In this document: one piece after another, positions 63,001-64,000 of the stretch
Position numbering within the stretch: the stretch's first letter is position 1
Layout of the letters: every line of letters starts with the position of its first letter
Assembly: GCF_964355755.1 (NCBI RefSeq)
Contig: NC_092670.1
Coordinates: forward strand, 27,888,388-27,952,387
Direction: 5' to 3'
DNA from: Antedon mediterranea
Taxonomy: Eukaryota > Animalia > Echinodermata
Length of the DNA stretch: 64,000 nucleotides
Notes under the pieces: generated by a model
Told to the model about the DNA's origin: nothing
Seen by the model: the letters and a program-made list of their open reading frames with translations, nothing else
Databases searched by the model: none
Position numbers and translations under genes: made by a program

Positions 63001-64000
63001 TCCAAATGCGATTTGAAGCTATTCTGTACACTTTGCGGTTTTGTGTGAATAATTTTTGTCAAAATGCTCAAAATGGTCAAAAACGTTTTTAAATACTATA
63101 TTAAGCTATTTTGTGCTCTTTGATGTTTTTGTGTGAAAAGTTTTATCGAAATGCTCAAAATGGTCTAAAACGGTTTCTAATGTGATTTTAAGCACTTTGA
63201 TGTTTTTATGTTAACAACTTTTTTAGAAAATTACAAAATGGTGTAAAACGTCTCCAAATGCGATTTGAAGCTATTCTAAGCAATTTGGTGTTTTTATGTT
63301 AACAAGTTTTTTCGAAAATCACAAAATGGTCTAAAACGTCTCCAAATGCGATTTGAAGCTATTATAAGCACTTTTGTGTTTTTATGTTAACAAGTTTTTT
63401 CGAAAATCACAAAATGGTCTAAAATGTCTCCAAATGCGATTTGAAGCTTTTCTAAGCACTTTTGTGTTTTTATGTTTACAAGTTTTTTCGAAAATCACAA
63501 AATGGTCTAAAACGTCTCCAAATGCGATTTGAAGCTATTCTGTACACTTTGCTGTTTTGTGTGAATAATTTTTGTCAAAATGCTCAAAATGGTCTAAAAC
63601 GTTTTTAAATACTATATTAAGCTATTTTGTGTTCTTTGATGTTTTTATGTGAAAAGTTTTATCGAAATGCTCAAAATGGTCTAAAACGGTTTCTAATGTG
63701 ATTTTAAGAACTTTGATGTTTTTATGTTAAAAACTTTTTTAGAAAATCACAAAATGGTCTAAAACGTCTCCAAATGCGATTTGAAGCAATTCTAAGCACT
63801 TTGGTGTTTTTATGTTAACACGTTTTTTCGAAAATCACAAAATGGTCTAAAACGTCTCCAAATGCGATTTGAAGCTATTCTAAGCACTTTTGTGTTTTTA
63901 TGTTAACAAGTTTTTTCGAAAATCACAAAATGGTCTAAAATGTCTCCAAATGCGATTTTAAGGTATTCTAAGCACTTTGGTGTTTTTATGTTAACAAGTT
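60003..64000 (+). repeat. Block Z copy, truncated by the window end
   Basis: B starts 60003, 60695, 61654, 62170, 62598, 63026, 63542. Offset 9433 from the 50570 copy. Confidence 0.85.

Larger units (their letters stand above)
1..64000 (+). repeat. Tandem satellite array with 88-bp base monomer, organised as (A)n-B-C higher-order units; runs off both window ends
   Basis: The same motif chain (cactttg...ttaacaag...ttcgaaaatcacaaaatggtctaaaacgtctccaaatgcgatt) recurs throughout in one orientation. Period measured directly: aagcac at 5881, next monomer start at 5969 (88 bp). Tiling with 542 A monomers in complete runs, 97 BC dimers, terminal partials and small indels sums to 64000. Confidence 0.99.

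Noticed and set aside
64-63705. A-run length series as an information-bearing code
   Set aside because: Recurring number patterns coincide with shared private SNVs and are fully explained by segmental duplication. Nothing indicates a readout mechanism.
1-64000. CRISPR array (palindromic repeats with regular spacing)
   Set aside because: There are no unique spacers: the whole 88-bp unit repeats. No leader or cas genes are present.
1-64000. Repeat-encoded protein or long ORF
   Set aside because: 88 is not a multiple of 3, and each monomer has several stop triplets on both strands (taa, tga on +; tta, cta, tca read as stops on -), so frames close within a few monomers.
1-64000. Tandem tRNA, 5S rRNA or snRNA genes (77-88-bp units; ttcga resembles a T-loop/B-box)
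   Set aside because: The context is ttttcgaaaa rather than ggttcgaatcc, and there are no cloverleaf stems or A-box. Internal T-runs would terminate Pol III.
1-64000. Alpha satellite, CENP-B box or another named satellite family
   Set aside because: No match to the CENP-B box core (TTCG....A..CGGG) and no similarity I can recognise to a named family. Assignment needs a database search.
1-64000. Telomeric repeat, rDNA spacer subrepeats or plasmid iterons
   Set aside because: No short G-rich telomere motif, no rRNA or rep gene, and the array is far longer than spacer or iteron arrays.
40625-64000. Fixed ~9.5-10-kb super-period
   Set aside because: Offsets differ (9945, 9433, 13293) and the intervening segments are not colinear, so this is reported as dispersed block copies instead.

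Overview
The whole 64 kb window is one uninterrupted, single-orientation, AT-rich tandem satellite array (~32% GC in the main monomer). I found no genes, RNA genes, transposon insertions or unique sequence. The array has three related monomer types: A (88 bp, aagcactttggtgtttttatgttaacaagttttttcgaaaatcacaaaatggtctaaaacgtctccaaatgcgatttgaagctattct; ~545 copies), B (87 bp) and C (77 bp). B and C occur only together as a 164-bp dimer (97 complete copies by hand count, 10 of them a 166-bp variant). The array therefore reads (A)n-B-C with n from 2 to 13, a variable-length higher-order repeat. On top of this are nested duplications from 88 bp to about 4.6 kb, traceable by private variants. The organisation resembles a eukaryotic centromeric or pericentromeric satellite, but I do not recognise the family or species, and centromere function cannot be shown from sequence alone. 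I found no support for a hidden protein-coding or CRISPR-like system; the notable signal is the repeat architecture. All counts and offsets were done by hand and should be confirmed computationally.
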